This document shows positions 46,422 through 54,798 of a stretch of DNA of 64,000 bases, piece by piece. The stretch lies in the NCBI GenBank assembly GCA_013286285.1, contig JABDGA010000001.1:4413-68412 (forward strand). Reading direction: 5' to 3'. This DNA comes from Alphaproteobacteria bacterium. Lineage in GTDB: Bacteria; Pseudomonadota; Alphaproteobacteria; Rickettsiales; JABCZZ01. Each line of letters begins with the position of its first letter. The first letter of the stretch is position 1. Made by a program: the position numbers and the translations under genes. The notes beneath the pieces are model-generated. The model did not search any database. It had not been told where the DNA came from and saw only the letters and a list, made by a program, of their open reading frames with translations.

Positions 46422-47420
46422 ATGAATGTCCCCACCAAAGCGGAGATTAAGGAATCGTTGCTGCGTTCCAGCTACCCGTTGGAGGGCAGGCTGGAGAAAC
46501 TGCTTTCCGCCAGGGATTTTTATGTCGTGCCGCATGAGGTATACCGCGATCTGCACTCAGGCAAGCCTACGGAACTTAAGCTCTATGCCATCAGCGCAAG
46601 CAAAGTGGGGAAGGGCAGAAATTATATTTTTCCAGTGATGCTCATTGAGTGCATCAACAACTCCGTACCAATTGCCTTTTTTGTAAAAGAACAAGACACG
46701 ACTACACGGCTGCTGGATCGCGGTGCAATCAAGCTTGCCGGGTTACCAATGGTGGTAAGCGGCGTAAAGGGAGGATCTGTATCACTCCCTGAACATCTGA
46801 AAATGGAGGAATACCATCACTATTGGAAGGGCCGGGTAGCGACTCAGTTTTGTTCATTCATGCGCAGGAAGGACTTCAGTAAGTCGGATGCTTGGACAGC
46901 TTTTCACAAAGATCCCCATTTTGACAGTTTTCGTAGATTGATTGATGCCGCAGAATGCCAGATTGATGCACTCTTGAGTAACATGGTGGCGCTAAAATTC
47001 AAGAAGACCAGAAAGGGAAGAGTGGAAACACTGGGAGTGGAATTTTACTATCCCGTACTGGTAGTACAGGGCGAGTTACTGGAGGTGCATTCTGAAAAAG
47101 ATACAGTAAGCGTTAAACCGGTGAAGCATATCCAGTTCCAATATCGTCCCATGCAAAAACCGATCATACGCGGCGAGGCGGATAGGACTTCGGCGGATAC
47201 GAACCTGTACCGCATTGATGTAATGACAGAAGCGTTCTTTTCCCAATATATCACGATGGTAAAGCGTGAAATGGGCACAACTGCACGCCGTCTGGCGAAG
47301 GATAAGGAAATGTTAAAGAAATCGCTTGCGGAATTGCCGGGGCTGATAAGTGAAGCCCTCGGATATGGCAGCAGCCCGCGCGCGGCGTTTACCCTCTCCG
47401 GATCTGCAAGAGGTAGATAA
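46422..47420 (+). CDS. hypothetical protein, possible degenerate PD-(D/E)xK nuclease-fold N-terminal domain
   Basis: 332 aa counted from ATG 46422. 'GKPTELKLYAISA...VMLIECINNSVPIAFFVKE' has the layout of a restriction-endonuclease-like core, but the canonical Asp and Lys are substituted. Confidence 0.6.
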   Translation: MNVPTKAEIKESLLRSSYPLEGRLEKLLSARDFYVVPHEVYRDLHSGKPTELKLYAISASKVGKGRNYIFPVMLIECINNSVPIAFFVKEQDTTTRLLDRGAIKLAGLPMVVSGVKGGSVSLPEHLKMEEYHHYWKGRVATQFCSFMRRKDFSKSDAWTAFHKDPHFDSFRRLIDAAECQIDALLSNMVALKFKKTRKGRVETLGVEFYYPVLVVQGELLEVHSEKDTVSVKPVKHIQFQYRPMQKPIIRGEADRTSADTNLYRIDVMTEAFFSQYITMVKREMGTTARRLAKDKEMLKKSLAELPGLISEALGYGSSPRAAFTLSGSARGR

Positions 47421-47429
47421 CTGTAAATG

Positions 47430-47520
47430 AATATCATCCCGTGCGAAAGCATGGGATCCCGAGCTACTACAACGAGATGCCGCAGTCTTTGCTGCAGCAT
47501 GACGGTGATTAGGCTATATA
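47430..47520 (+). mobile_element. MITE-like element, copy D (degenerate ends)
   Basis: atcatcccgtgcgaaagcatgggatccc...gagatgccgcagtctttgctgcagcatgacgg, then taggctatata. It lies between convergent genes. Confidence 0.65.
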
Positions 47521-47524
47521 AATA

Positions 47525-47932
47525 TTATTCAAAAATACTAAAAACCCTGCTTCCCGCTATCGCTATCTGCTCATCTTCGGGTGATTTTACCCCTGAGACG
47601 CCGATACCGCCGACACATTCCCCCTCATAGAAAAGTGCTACGCCGCCCTGCACCGGAACACGTCCTGGAAAGGAAAGCATTGCAGGGCGTTCCTTTACTG
47701 TATCTTCCAGTATTTTGGTTGCGGTCTTCGATAGCGCGGCAGTGCGGCCTTTGCCGATAGCGATGTCGATGCTGGGCAGCGAAACACCGTCCATGCGCTC
47801 GAAATGCAGCAGGTAACCGCCTTCATCCACGACGGCAATGCTGACTTTCCAGGCATTCTTTTCAGCTTCTACCTTGCATGCAGCGGCAATTTTCTGAGCA
47901 TCAGAAGCGGTGAGGGAAGGTTTGGTGCGCAT
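47525..47932 (-). CDS. GlcG/HbpS-like (DUF336) heme-binding family protein
   Basis: 135 aa with 'VSIAVVDEGGYLLHFERMDG', 'AIGKGRTAA' and 'GGIGVSG'. Confidence 0.8.
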   Translation of the reverse strand: MRTKPSLTASDAQKIAAACKVEAEKNAWKVSIAVVDEGGYLLHFERMDGVSLPSIDIAIGKGRTAALSKTATKILEDTVKERPAMLSFPGRVPVQGGVALFYEGECVGGIGVSGVKSPEDEQIAIAGSRVFSIFE

Positions 47933-47965
47933 AATTCAAGAATCCTTCAGGATACTATTCAGTTG

Positions 47966-49849
47966 TTAATAAAAAGTGCTTCTCAATTGAAACACATGTT
48001 CCGGGTCAACCATGCTCTTAGGGCGCAGCTTATCCACGGAATCAAAATAGCGGGATGAATTAACATGCCCACGTAACTGCGCCGGCAATACCTGAAATTC
48101 TTCCCACTCTATGGTATAATCCTGCCGCACAAGTGTTTTACATCCGGCTAAATGCATGCATCCATCCAGCGTCTGGAACATATGCATTTCAAAGGGTGGA
48201 TAATATATGGCATCTATCGGGTTATTGCTAATTCCCAGATTTAAAAACAAATCATTACGAACGAAAATCGCATTCCAGTCGGTCACGGCTGCCAGCTTAT
48301 ACCCTTTTCTTGTCGCCAGTTCGGTAAGCGAGCGCAAGGAAGCGCCATAATGCATCTGGGCATTGTTTTCCTGCACAAACCGTGTGTCGTTTGCAATAGA
48401 GGGATTGAAATCAATCACCACCATTGCAGGGGTATAATATTCCAAGGCGGCAAAAAGATGATAGTCAATGCCCTCAACATCAATATTAAGCAGGTTGAAA
48501 GCTTTCGGCACTTTATATTTATGCAGCAATGCGCCCAAGGTCTGCGAAGTTACATAGGTCTGTATGCAATTCACGGCGGGATTATTTTTGTAATTGGCCG
48601 TAAGCTGCCTGAATGCCTCTTGCTCACCTTCTATCAGGAGGCCACGCCATCCATGATTACTGATAAGATTCCAACTATTGCTCCATTTTTTACCATCACA
48701 TGCCCCGATATCCACGCAGAACCCATTTGGCATGGAAAGGGATTTGAATATATGCTCAAGGATGCCGTCTTCGCCGTTCTCTGATGTCACGTTTTTCCGG
48801 TGCTTCAGCAGGACATTTTTAGGCACCCGATCGATCGCAAGCTTTCCTGCCTGTTCCTCAAGCGTAGTAGAACGATACGTATGCCGTGGGCGAAATACCC
48901 TTAAGCCATCGGGCAATACCTGGATGTCGCGCTGACTGATTTTTATCTGGTCAACGATTCCCTTCTCATTGCGCTGGCACTTCCAGTAATGCTTTCCCTC
49001 AGGGTGCAGAAATAATGTCCCGTCATACCCCTGAAAGACTCGCATCTCTTCATGAGGGTAAAAGAATTTTTCCGGATGATTATCGGATATGCCGAATTTT
49101 GCATAGTGATCGCTGCGGACAAAGAAGAGGTTCCAGTTAATTTCGCATACCAGCTCATATCCTTTGCGTTTTCCCAACTCATATAGCGCCCGCAGGGAAG
49201 AGGGGCGGCTGGCGGGAGATTCTTTGTCAGGGAAATAAGAGATGGTTGGGCTTATCAGGCGATTAAATTCTATGGATACCACGTGCGGACGATAATTCTC
49301 AAACGTCTCCCAGATATGATAATCGGGGCCGTCACAATCTATGGAAAGAAACTCGAATTCAGCAGGAATCGGAGTGCGCGCCAGAATAGCATCCAGCCGT
49401 TTTTCTCCTTCCCATCCGACCAGATCATTAAAGCACCAGGTAGCAGGAGTTTCTTTGCAGTGAAGTTCAAGTTGCGTAAAAAAGCCCGGATCAGGCTCTA
49501 TATATACCGCTTTCCAGCCACGGTTCTTTACCAGGTTCCAGCTATTGGAGTCGAGTTTGCCGTCACAGGCGCCGAATTCAACGCACCAGCCGGGACCGGT
49601 TATCCCTACAATTTCAAGAATTTTTTCTATAACGCCGTCTTCTCCGCCCTGCGAAGCAACGTTCTTGGCATATCCAGTCAAATAATTATTCTTTTTTATC
49701 GCATTCAGCACTTCCTGGCTGGGGCGCACGACATCCATCACATGCCTGCTGGAGGACGAAGGTTTCACTGCCTGACGTAGTCTGCTTTTGAGATTCAGGA
49801 TCATAAGGGTAACGCAATAACAGGTGAAATACATTATATTGCGTATCAA
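47966..49849 (-). CDS. tandem-duplicated FkbM-type (Methyltransf_21-like) methyltransferase
   Basis: 627 aa with two ~290-aa halves, each carrying 'GEDG[VI][IL]E.I', 'G.[CF]V[ED][FI]GACDG...SNSWNL..N.GW', 'L[SN]ID.[DE]G.DYH' and 'RKGY.L'. The start is uncertain. Confidence 0.75.
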   Translation of the reverse strand: MIRNIMYFTCYCVTLMILNLKSRLRQAVKPSSSSRHVMDVVRPSQEVLNAIKKNNYLTGYAKNVASQGGEDGVIEKILEIVGITGPGWCVEFGACDGKLDSNSWNLVKNRGWKAVYIEPDPGFFTQLELHCKETPATWCFNDLVGWEGEKRLDAILARTPIPAEFEFLSIDCDGPDYHIWETFENYRPHVVSIEFNRLISPTISYFPDKESPASRPSSLRALYELGKRKGYELVCEINWNLFFVRSDHYAKFGISDNHPEKFFYPHEEMRVFQGYDGTLFLHPEGKHYWKCQRNEKGIVDQIKISQRDIQVLPDGLRVFRPRHTYRSTTLEEQAGKLAIDRVPKNVLLKHRKNVTSENGEDGILEHIFKSLSMPNGFCVDIGACDGKKWSNSWNLISNHGWRGLLIEGEQEAFRQLTANYKNNPAVNCIQTYVTSQTLGALLHKYKVPKAFNLLNIDVEGIDYHLFAALEYYTPAMVVIDFNPSIANDTRFVQENNAQMHYGASLRSLTELATRKGYKLAAVTDWNAIFVRNDLFLNLGISNNPIDAIYYPPFEMHMFQTLDGCMHLAGCKTLVRQDYTIEWEEFQVLPAQLRGHVNSSRYFDSVDKLRPKSMVDPEHVFQLRSTFY

Positions 49850-49939
49850 GAATAAGGTTAAAAGTAAATAGTTGATAGTGCATTTCAGCAGGCTAACGAG
49901 AACTTTATTGATAGATAAATTTTACGAGCGTTACGAAGG

Positions 49940-50971
49940 TTAGCGTTGGGTTTCTTCTATTCCGTTTTCCCGTGTTTGTTTATCTTGGGTAAATTTACCA
50001 GGCGTTGGTCTGGCAGCTATCCTTTTCCTTTCAAGAAATTCTTTTAATTGTTCTGCGATTTCTTCATGCAGATGAAAAACTCTTTTATGTCTGCCCAAGT
50101 CAAGAAAGGCTCCATAATGGACAGGAAGTGTTAGGCCTTGGATTCCAATCTCTTCATACGTAAAATAGCCATCATTGGAGCGGGTAGAACGTTGCCAGGC
50201 TCTGGACAACTTGGAATACAATGCTATAGCTGCCTTTTTATAAGGCTCCCCAAGCAGATTTGCCATTTCCGTGGCATCCAAGAAACCTGGTTTTTTTTCT
50301 TCGTGTTTGAATTTTTCTGCAGCATCTTTGTGAATACAAAATACTTCAGGTTCTCCAAAATAGCCCACTTGATCCATATTCAGTGTTATTCCAGCTGCGG
50401 TAAATTCCTCTATTTCCTGCCTGTCTGTTGGCGCGTCTTTTAAAGCCTCTATTTTCTCTTTCCATGCTGCTTCGAGTTTCCGGTATAATTCAGAAATTCC
50501 TTCGGGGCCGCTATGGCCACGCCCAACTCTGCGTGCCATTTCATAGGGAAGCAGCCATATATTACTATCCCTTTCTGGCTTCTCGAATAGATGACTCAGG
50601 CTTTCATGGACACAGAATGTTCCATGTTGACCGAAAAATCCGATTGGCCATACCCCTTCCGGAGTTGCTGAAATAGTTACTCCAAGGGCTTCAAATTCTA
50701 GTTTGTCGTTCTGTAAAGCTTGCTTGTACCCTGCTTCTAGCGCGGTATATTTATCAGTTAATGCTTTAGGAGAGGTATGTATAACATTTGTTGCCATATC
50801 TACCCTGCCTCGATATTCAGGATGCATCTCTGGATTACCGAACATCGGGGCATATCTTTCCATTAATGCAGAAAAATCCCTCCTGTCCAAATCGTCCGGC
50901 AGTATCCTTAACAAGCGGTAATTTGTATCCTGCTGCTTTAAATTCCTGAGCCCCAGCTTCTCCTGCGGCAT
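49940..50971 (-). CDS. repeat-module protein, probably the frameshifted C-terminal continuation of the upstream helicase
   Basis: 343 aa with three ~75-80-aa modules ('EMA..LG...Y..L..AW...EF.A.G..L...G.FG...FC[IV]H......F'). It overlaps the helicase ORF by 137 nt in another frame. Confidence 0.65.
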   Translation of the reverse strand: MPQEKLGLRNLKQQDTNYRLLRILPDDLDRRDFSALMERYAPMFGNPEMHPEYRGRVDMATNVIHTSPKALTDKYTALEAGYKQALQNDKLEFEALGVTISATPEGVWPIGFFGQHGTFCVHESLSHLFEKPERDSNIWLLPYEMARRVGRGHSGPEGISELYRKLEAAWKEKIEALKDAPTDRQEIEEFTAAGITLNMDQVGYFGEPEVFCIHKDAAEKFKHEEKKPGFLDATEMANLLGEPYKKAAIALYSKLSRAWQRSTRSNDGYFTYEEIGIQGLTLPVHYGAFLDLGRHKRVFHLHEEIAEQLKEFLERKRIAARPTPGKFTQDKQTRENGIEETQR

Positions 50972-52985
50972 CCCAAGCCGATCCTAACGCGGCATAAATA
51001 GGAGATAATTTACTGGCTGAAACACGGGCTCTTGTAGCCATGTCACCTATGCCAAGCATATATCCAGGACGCTTCTCAAACCCAATATGCCATGTGCTAG
51101 CGGTAGAAAGCACACGGGCCATTTCTTCATAGTTTGTAATTACCTTAATGCCTTCTTTTATTTCTATGGTTTCTTGAACTTTATATTCTCCTTTTGCGGG
51201 ATAAGAGTATTCACGGCTATAAACAGCAGGGATATTTCCCAGTACTTCACCAAAGAAATAGGGATTGCTACCTTCCGGAAACACATTGATTGCAAGCGCG
51301 ACTTTATTGCGCCTATAAGTATTAAAATAATCTTTTCCTTGTTTACGGGTTATGCGTCCTAACTGTTGCTCTACGACATGCCTGAGTTTTGTAGGTTTAA
51401 GAGAGTAGCAGATGGTGGCATTGGGACTGTCAAATCCAATATCCAACACCTGATCATTCCATAGATCTATTTCATTATTATTAAACATACCTATGAGTTC
51501 TTGGCGTGTTTTGGGTATCGGTGGGCCATCCGGATCAGGCTGATAGTATGTATCATAGCCGCTTATGCAAGCCGCTCGTTTTTTAATGCCTAATAATTCG
51601 GCTTGCTTATTATAATACTCTGCTCCTACCTTTGCTGCTTCTACTCCTTCAGTAAAAAATATAGAAGGATATTCATATAAATTTCCCAATTCTTCATCTG
51701 GTTTTGTGAGATGGAATTCCGTTACACCAGCTATAACAGAAGGTATAAGAGAAAATTTTCTGACTATTTCGGGACTGTATTCCGCTTTGCCTTTACTGAG
51801 AAATCTTTTTTGGAGATTGGCTTCACCTTCACTACTTAATTCCACTTTGATGGCGCCAGTACGCACACCAGTGCAGAGTTGATCGCGTTCGATAGCGGTT
51901 ACAAGAGGCAGGTTGTAGATGGGTGATTGATCTTTAAACAAAGCCTCACTTGTGCCCGCATCGGTTGCAGTAAAGCCTGCAACAAGTACGTTATCTAAAA
52001 GTTTTTGGATATTCTCTATCGTATCAGGGCCAAGCGCTTTATGAACCTCATCCAGGATAACCAATGGACGATAATATGGATTATTCGGGTCGATAAAGTT
52101 TATTCCTTCTGTTTCTATTAACCTGTTGAAAGAGGGATAAGTTGTTATGATATATTGCGGCGGGCTGTCAGTGAGCAAAACTCTTCGTCGTTCTTCCGTG
52201 GATTGATCACTGTCCAGTATTGCAACATCTTGTGATGGAATACCAATTTCTTCACAAAATTCTTTTTTTGCCTGTGCATTTAGTAACTTACGGGGGGTCA
52301 GAATTAACGTAGGCACATTCATAGCTTTTGCCATTGTACCGAATATACGGGTTTTCCCGGTACCTGTTGCAGATATGACTTCAAAGAAGTTGCCTACTTT
52401 AGGGTATGTTCCTTCTTCTTCTCCAGTAAGAGAAAAAGGTATTTGTTCTCCAATTTTGCTATTAAGAAAATTATCTATATGTTCTAGGCTATCTATCTGG
52501 TGCCCCCTTAATTCTGAAATTGTTATTCTGCTGAGATAGCGATGCAACCGGCCTGCCATTAATACGATTGGATTGTTTTTAAGATTTTCCTGTTCAAGAC
52601 GTTCTAATTCAGTATTTGAGATATGTATGGCGGCTGTTAATTCTGCTAAGTCACCCTCGGAAAATTTTTCTTTAGAGGTTCTTAGTACAGTTCTTATGAT
52701 TTCCAAATCTACTTCAGAACAAGGCTGTTGAGCTGTTATCCAATCTTTTACTATCTCTGCAGAGACAGAAGCATGTTTTGCAAAATTAGTTATCGCTTTT
52801 TCACTTTTTGCGTTTGATGAATTAGCCATAATGCAATATTGCAATATGATTGCCCCCCAGAATTCTTTTGGGATATCTGTTTGAATATCGCTCGTCAAAG
52901 CCTTGCTAACAGATGCGTAAAGGATTGTTACATCCTCAGATTGTATGCGTTTTATAATGTTTCCATCACTATTATTGGGTGGCAT
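50835..52985 (-). CDS. SF2 (ResIII/DEAD-DEAH-like) helicase with unknown N-terminal domain
   Basis: 716 aa with motif I 'SATGTGKT', motif II 'LDEVHK', motif III 'GFTAT' and motif VI 'QQLGRITRK'. The tail holds the first copy of the module repeated in 49940..50971. Confidence 0.8.
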   Translation of the reverse strand: MPPNNSDGNIIKRIQSEDVTILYASVSKALTSDIQTDIPKEFWGAIILQYCIMANSSNAKSEKAITNFAKHASVSAEIVKDWITAQQPCSEVDLEIIRTVLRTSKEKFSEGDLAELTAAIHISNTELERLEQENLKNNPIVLMAGRLHRYLSRITISELRGHQIDSLEHIDNFLNSKIGEQIPFSLTGEEEGTYPKVGNFFEVISATGTGKTRIFGTMAKAMNVPTLILTPRKLLNAQAKKEFCEEIGIPSQDVAILDSDQSTEERRRVLLTDSPPQYIITTYPSFNRLIETEGINFIDPNNPYYRPLVILDEVHKALGPDTIENIQKLLDNVLVAGFTATDAGTSEALFKDQSPIYNLPLVTAIERDQLCTGVRTGAIKVELSSEGEANLQKRFLSKGKAEYSPEIVRKFSLIPSVIAGVTEFHLTKPDEELGNLYEYPSIFFTEGVEAAKVGAEYYNKQAELLGIKKRAACISGYDTYYQPDPDGPPIPKTRQELIGMFNNNEIDLWNDQVLDIGFDSPNATICYSLKPTKLRHVVEQQLGRITRKQGKDYFNTYRRNKVALAINVFPEGSNPYFFGEVLGNIPAVYSREYSYPAKGEYKVQETIEIKEGIKVITNYEEMARVLSTASTWHIGFEKRPGYMLGIGDMATRARVSASKLSPIYAALGSAWDAAGEAGAQEFKAAGYKLPLVKDTAGRFGQEGFFCINGKICPDVR

Positions 52986-53124
52986 ACATGGCTCTACTTT
53001 GTCTAAACACCTCCTATAGACTTTATTCTAGTTTTATTAATTTTGGATTAAGTGAATTAAATATGAGGCTATTTTATTAAGAAATAGCAATAATAATATA
53101 TTTAATATCAGTATATTATAGTTT

Positions 53125-54111
53125 TTATATCACCCCGGCGCGCAGGCAGTCGTGAACGCTTAAGATACCCACGGGCTTGCCGTTATTGACGACAAACAGG
53201 CTGGTGATGGAGCGCGCCTTTACATTGACGTTCATGATGCGCAAGGCCTCTGCAGCGAGGGTTCTGGAAGTAACGGTAATGGGGTTATGCGACATGACGT
53301 CGGCGGCGCGCAATTCCAATATTTCCGGCGACATATGGCGACGGAGATCGCCGTCAGTGACAATGCCGATAAGTGTCCCCTCACGATTGATGACCCCGGC
53401 GCAGCCGAAGGATTTTTCCGTCATGACAATTAATACTTTTGACATCAGGTCGTCCTGTCCGACCAATGGGGTGTCCTCGCGCGGGTGCATCAGGTTTTCC
53501 ACCCGCATAAATGCCTTGCCGAGCTTGCCACCCGGATGGAATACGTTGAAATCTTCCGGTGTGAATCCCCGGCTTTCGAGCACTGCAACCGCTAATGCAT
53601 CGCCTAGCGCCATCATCATGGAGGTGGAAGTGGTCGGAGCGTTTACCGGCGAGGCCTCAGGAATATCGGGCAGTACCAGCGCTTCATCTGCGGCAGTTAC
53701 CAGCGTGGACGTGGCGCGCCTTACCATGGCAATGAGTGGGATGGAAAAACGCGTTGCGTAGGATATCATATCCCGCAATTCTTCGGTTTCCCCGGAATTG
53801 GAGAGCAGCAGTAGGCCGTCCTGTTCGGTGATCATACCCAGATCGCCATGGCTTGCTTCACCCGGATGAACAAAATAGGCCGGGGTACCGGTGGAAGCAA
53901 AAGTAGCGGCAATTTTACGCGCCACATGGCCGCTTTTGCCCATGCCGCTTACAATCAGCCTGCCTTTGAGGTTAAGGATACATTCCACTACTGCGTCGAA
54001 AGTAGCGCCAAGCACTTTGCTCAAGGCCCGCATTCCTTCTATTTCGCATTCAATAACGCGTTTGCCGATATCGCTTGCCGACATATTCCGAACTATTGCC
54101 AGTGATTTCAT
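53125..54111 (-). CDS. kpsF: arabinose-5-phosphate isomerase (KpsF/GutQ family)
   Basis: 328 aa with SIS domain 'GRLIVSGMGKSGHVARKIAATFASTG' plus two CBS repeats. Confidence 0.9.
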   Translation of the reverse strand: MKSLAIVRNMSASDIGKRVIECEIEGMRALSKVLGATFDAVVECILNLKGRLIVSGMGKSGHVARKIAATFASTGTPAYFVHPGEASHGDLGMITEQDGLLLLSNSGETEELRDMISYATRFSIPLIAMVRRATSTLVTAADEALVLPDIPEASPVNAPTTSTSMMMALGDALAVAVLESRGFTPEDFNVFHPGGKLGKAFMRVENLMHPREDTPLVGQDDLMSKVLIVMTEKSFGCAGVINREGTLIGIVTDGDLRRHMSPEILELRAADVMSHNPITVTSRTLAAEALRIMNVNVKARSITSLFVVNNGKPVGILSVHDCLRAGVI

Positions 54112-54182
54112 AGGAGCAGCAAATTATGCTAATATTTCCGATTCTACAAGTTACTTATACGTAATCTATCCGTGTTTCAAAT

Positions 54183-54743
54183 CTACCAATGTTTTACTGG
54201 CCCGACATCAATATGCACGAAGCCGGACGCCGGGTAATATCCTACGCCGCCCTGCCGCATCGCCATAGCTGTATGGCGCAGGCTGGAAAGTCCCCTGTCG
54301 TTCAAGCGCACATCAATCGCCTTGCCATACATATGCAGGCTGTTGGGATTCACTCCCTTGGAATGTTCGTATAGCATCTCATTCGTCCGGGGGGAGCGGT
54401 ATCCGGAGATAACCTCGTAAGGCTTGTGTGAGCCAAGAAGCCTGTGCATATGAGAGATAACATCCAGCAGGCGGGGCTCTATATCATACATATCGTTTGT
54501 ACGGTAGTCGCGCAAAATATAGGCGATGTCTTTTATTGCCTCTGTGTTATAACTGCCTTTTTCCCAGTAAACGGTTTTAATGGATTCGCCTGTATGGATA
54601 TTATGAAGGTGCAGGGAACGTATTGCTTCCACAGATCTATAGTTTTGCCGGGGATAGGCAAAAGCAGGCGCGGCTGTGGAGGCAATCAATGCCACTCCAG
54701 CTTTGATAATGGTACGCCGGGTTACAGGATCACTAGGATGCAT
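54183..54743 (-). CDS. DUF882 (YcbK-like, peptidase M15A fold) protein with Tat signal
   Basis: 186 aa with 'TRRTIIKAGVALIASTAAPAFA', 'ISGYRSPRTN', 'SLHMYGKAIDV' and 'FVHIDVGP'. Confidence 0.85.
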   Translation of the reverse strand: MHPSDPVTRRTIIKAGVALIASTAAPAFAYPRQNYRSVEAIRSLHLHNIHTGESIKTVYWEKGSYNTEAIKDIAYILRDYRTNDMYDIEPRLLDVISHMHRLLGSHKPYEVISGYRSPRTNEMLYEHSKGVNPNSLHMYGKAIDVRLNDRGLSSLRHTAMAMRQGGVGYYPASGFVHIDVGPVKHW

Positions 54744-54798
54744 GTTGTTTTATTAGCGCAATGGTTTATTTTTATCAATATTTTTGTTAAAGAGTGAT

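Noticed and set aside
46422-52985. Hachiman-like pairing (nuclease-fold protein plus SF2 helicase)
   Set aside because: The two genes are 3.4 kb apart, on opposite strands, and separated by unrelated genes. The nuclease-like motif lacks canonical catalytic residues and the helicase is frameshifted. There is no operon structure to support a known two-gene defence system.
52986-53124. Search for an island boundary (direct repeat of the tRNA-Lys 3' end) in the AT-rich spacer before kpsF
   Set aside because: Only trivial matches were seen by eye (for example 'atcacc'). No attachment-site repeat or integrase remnant can be supported.
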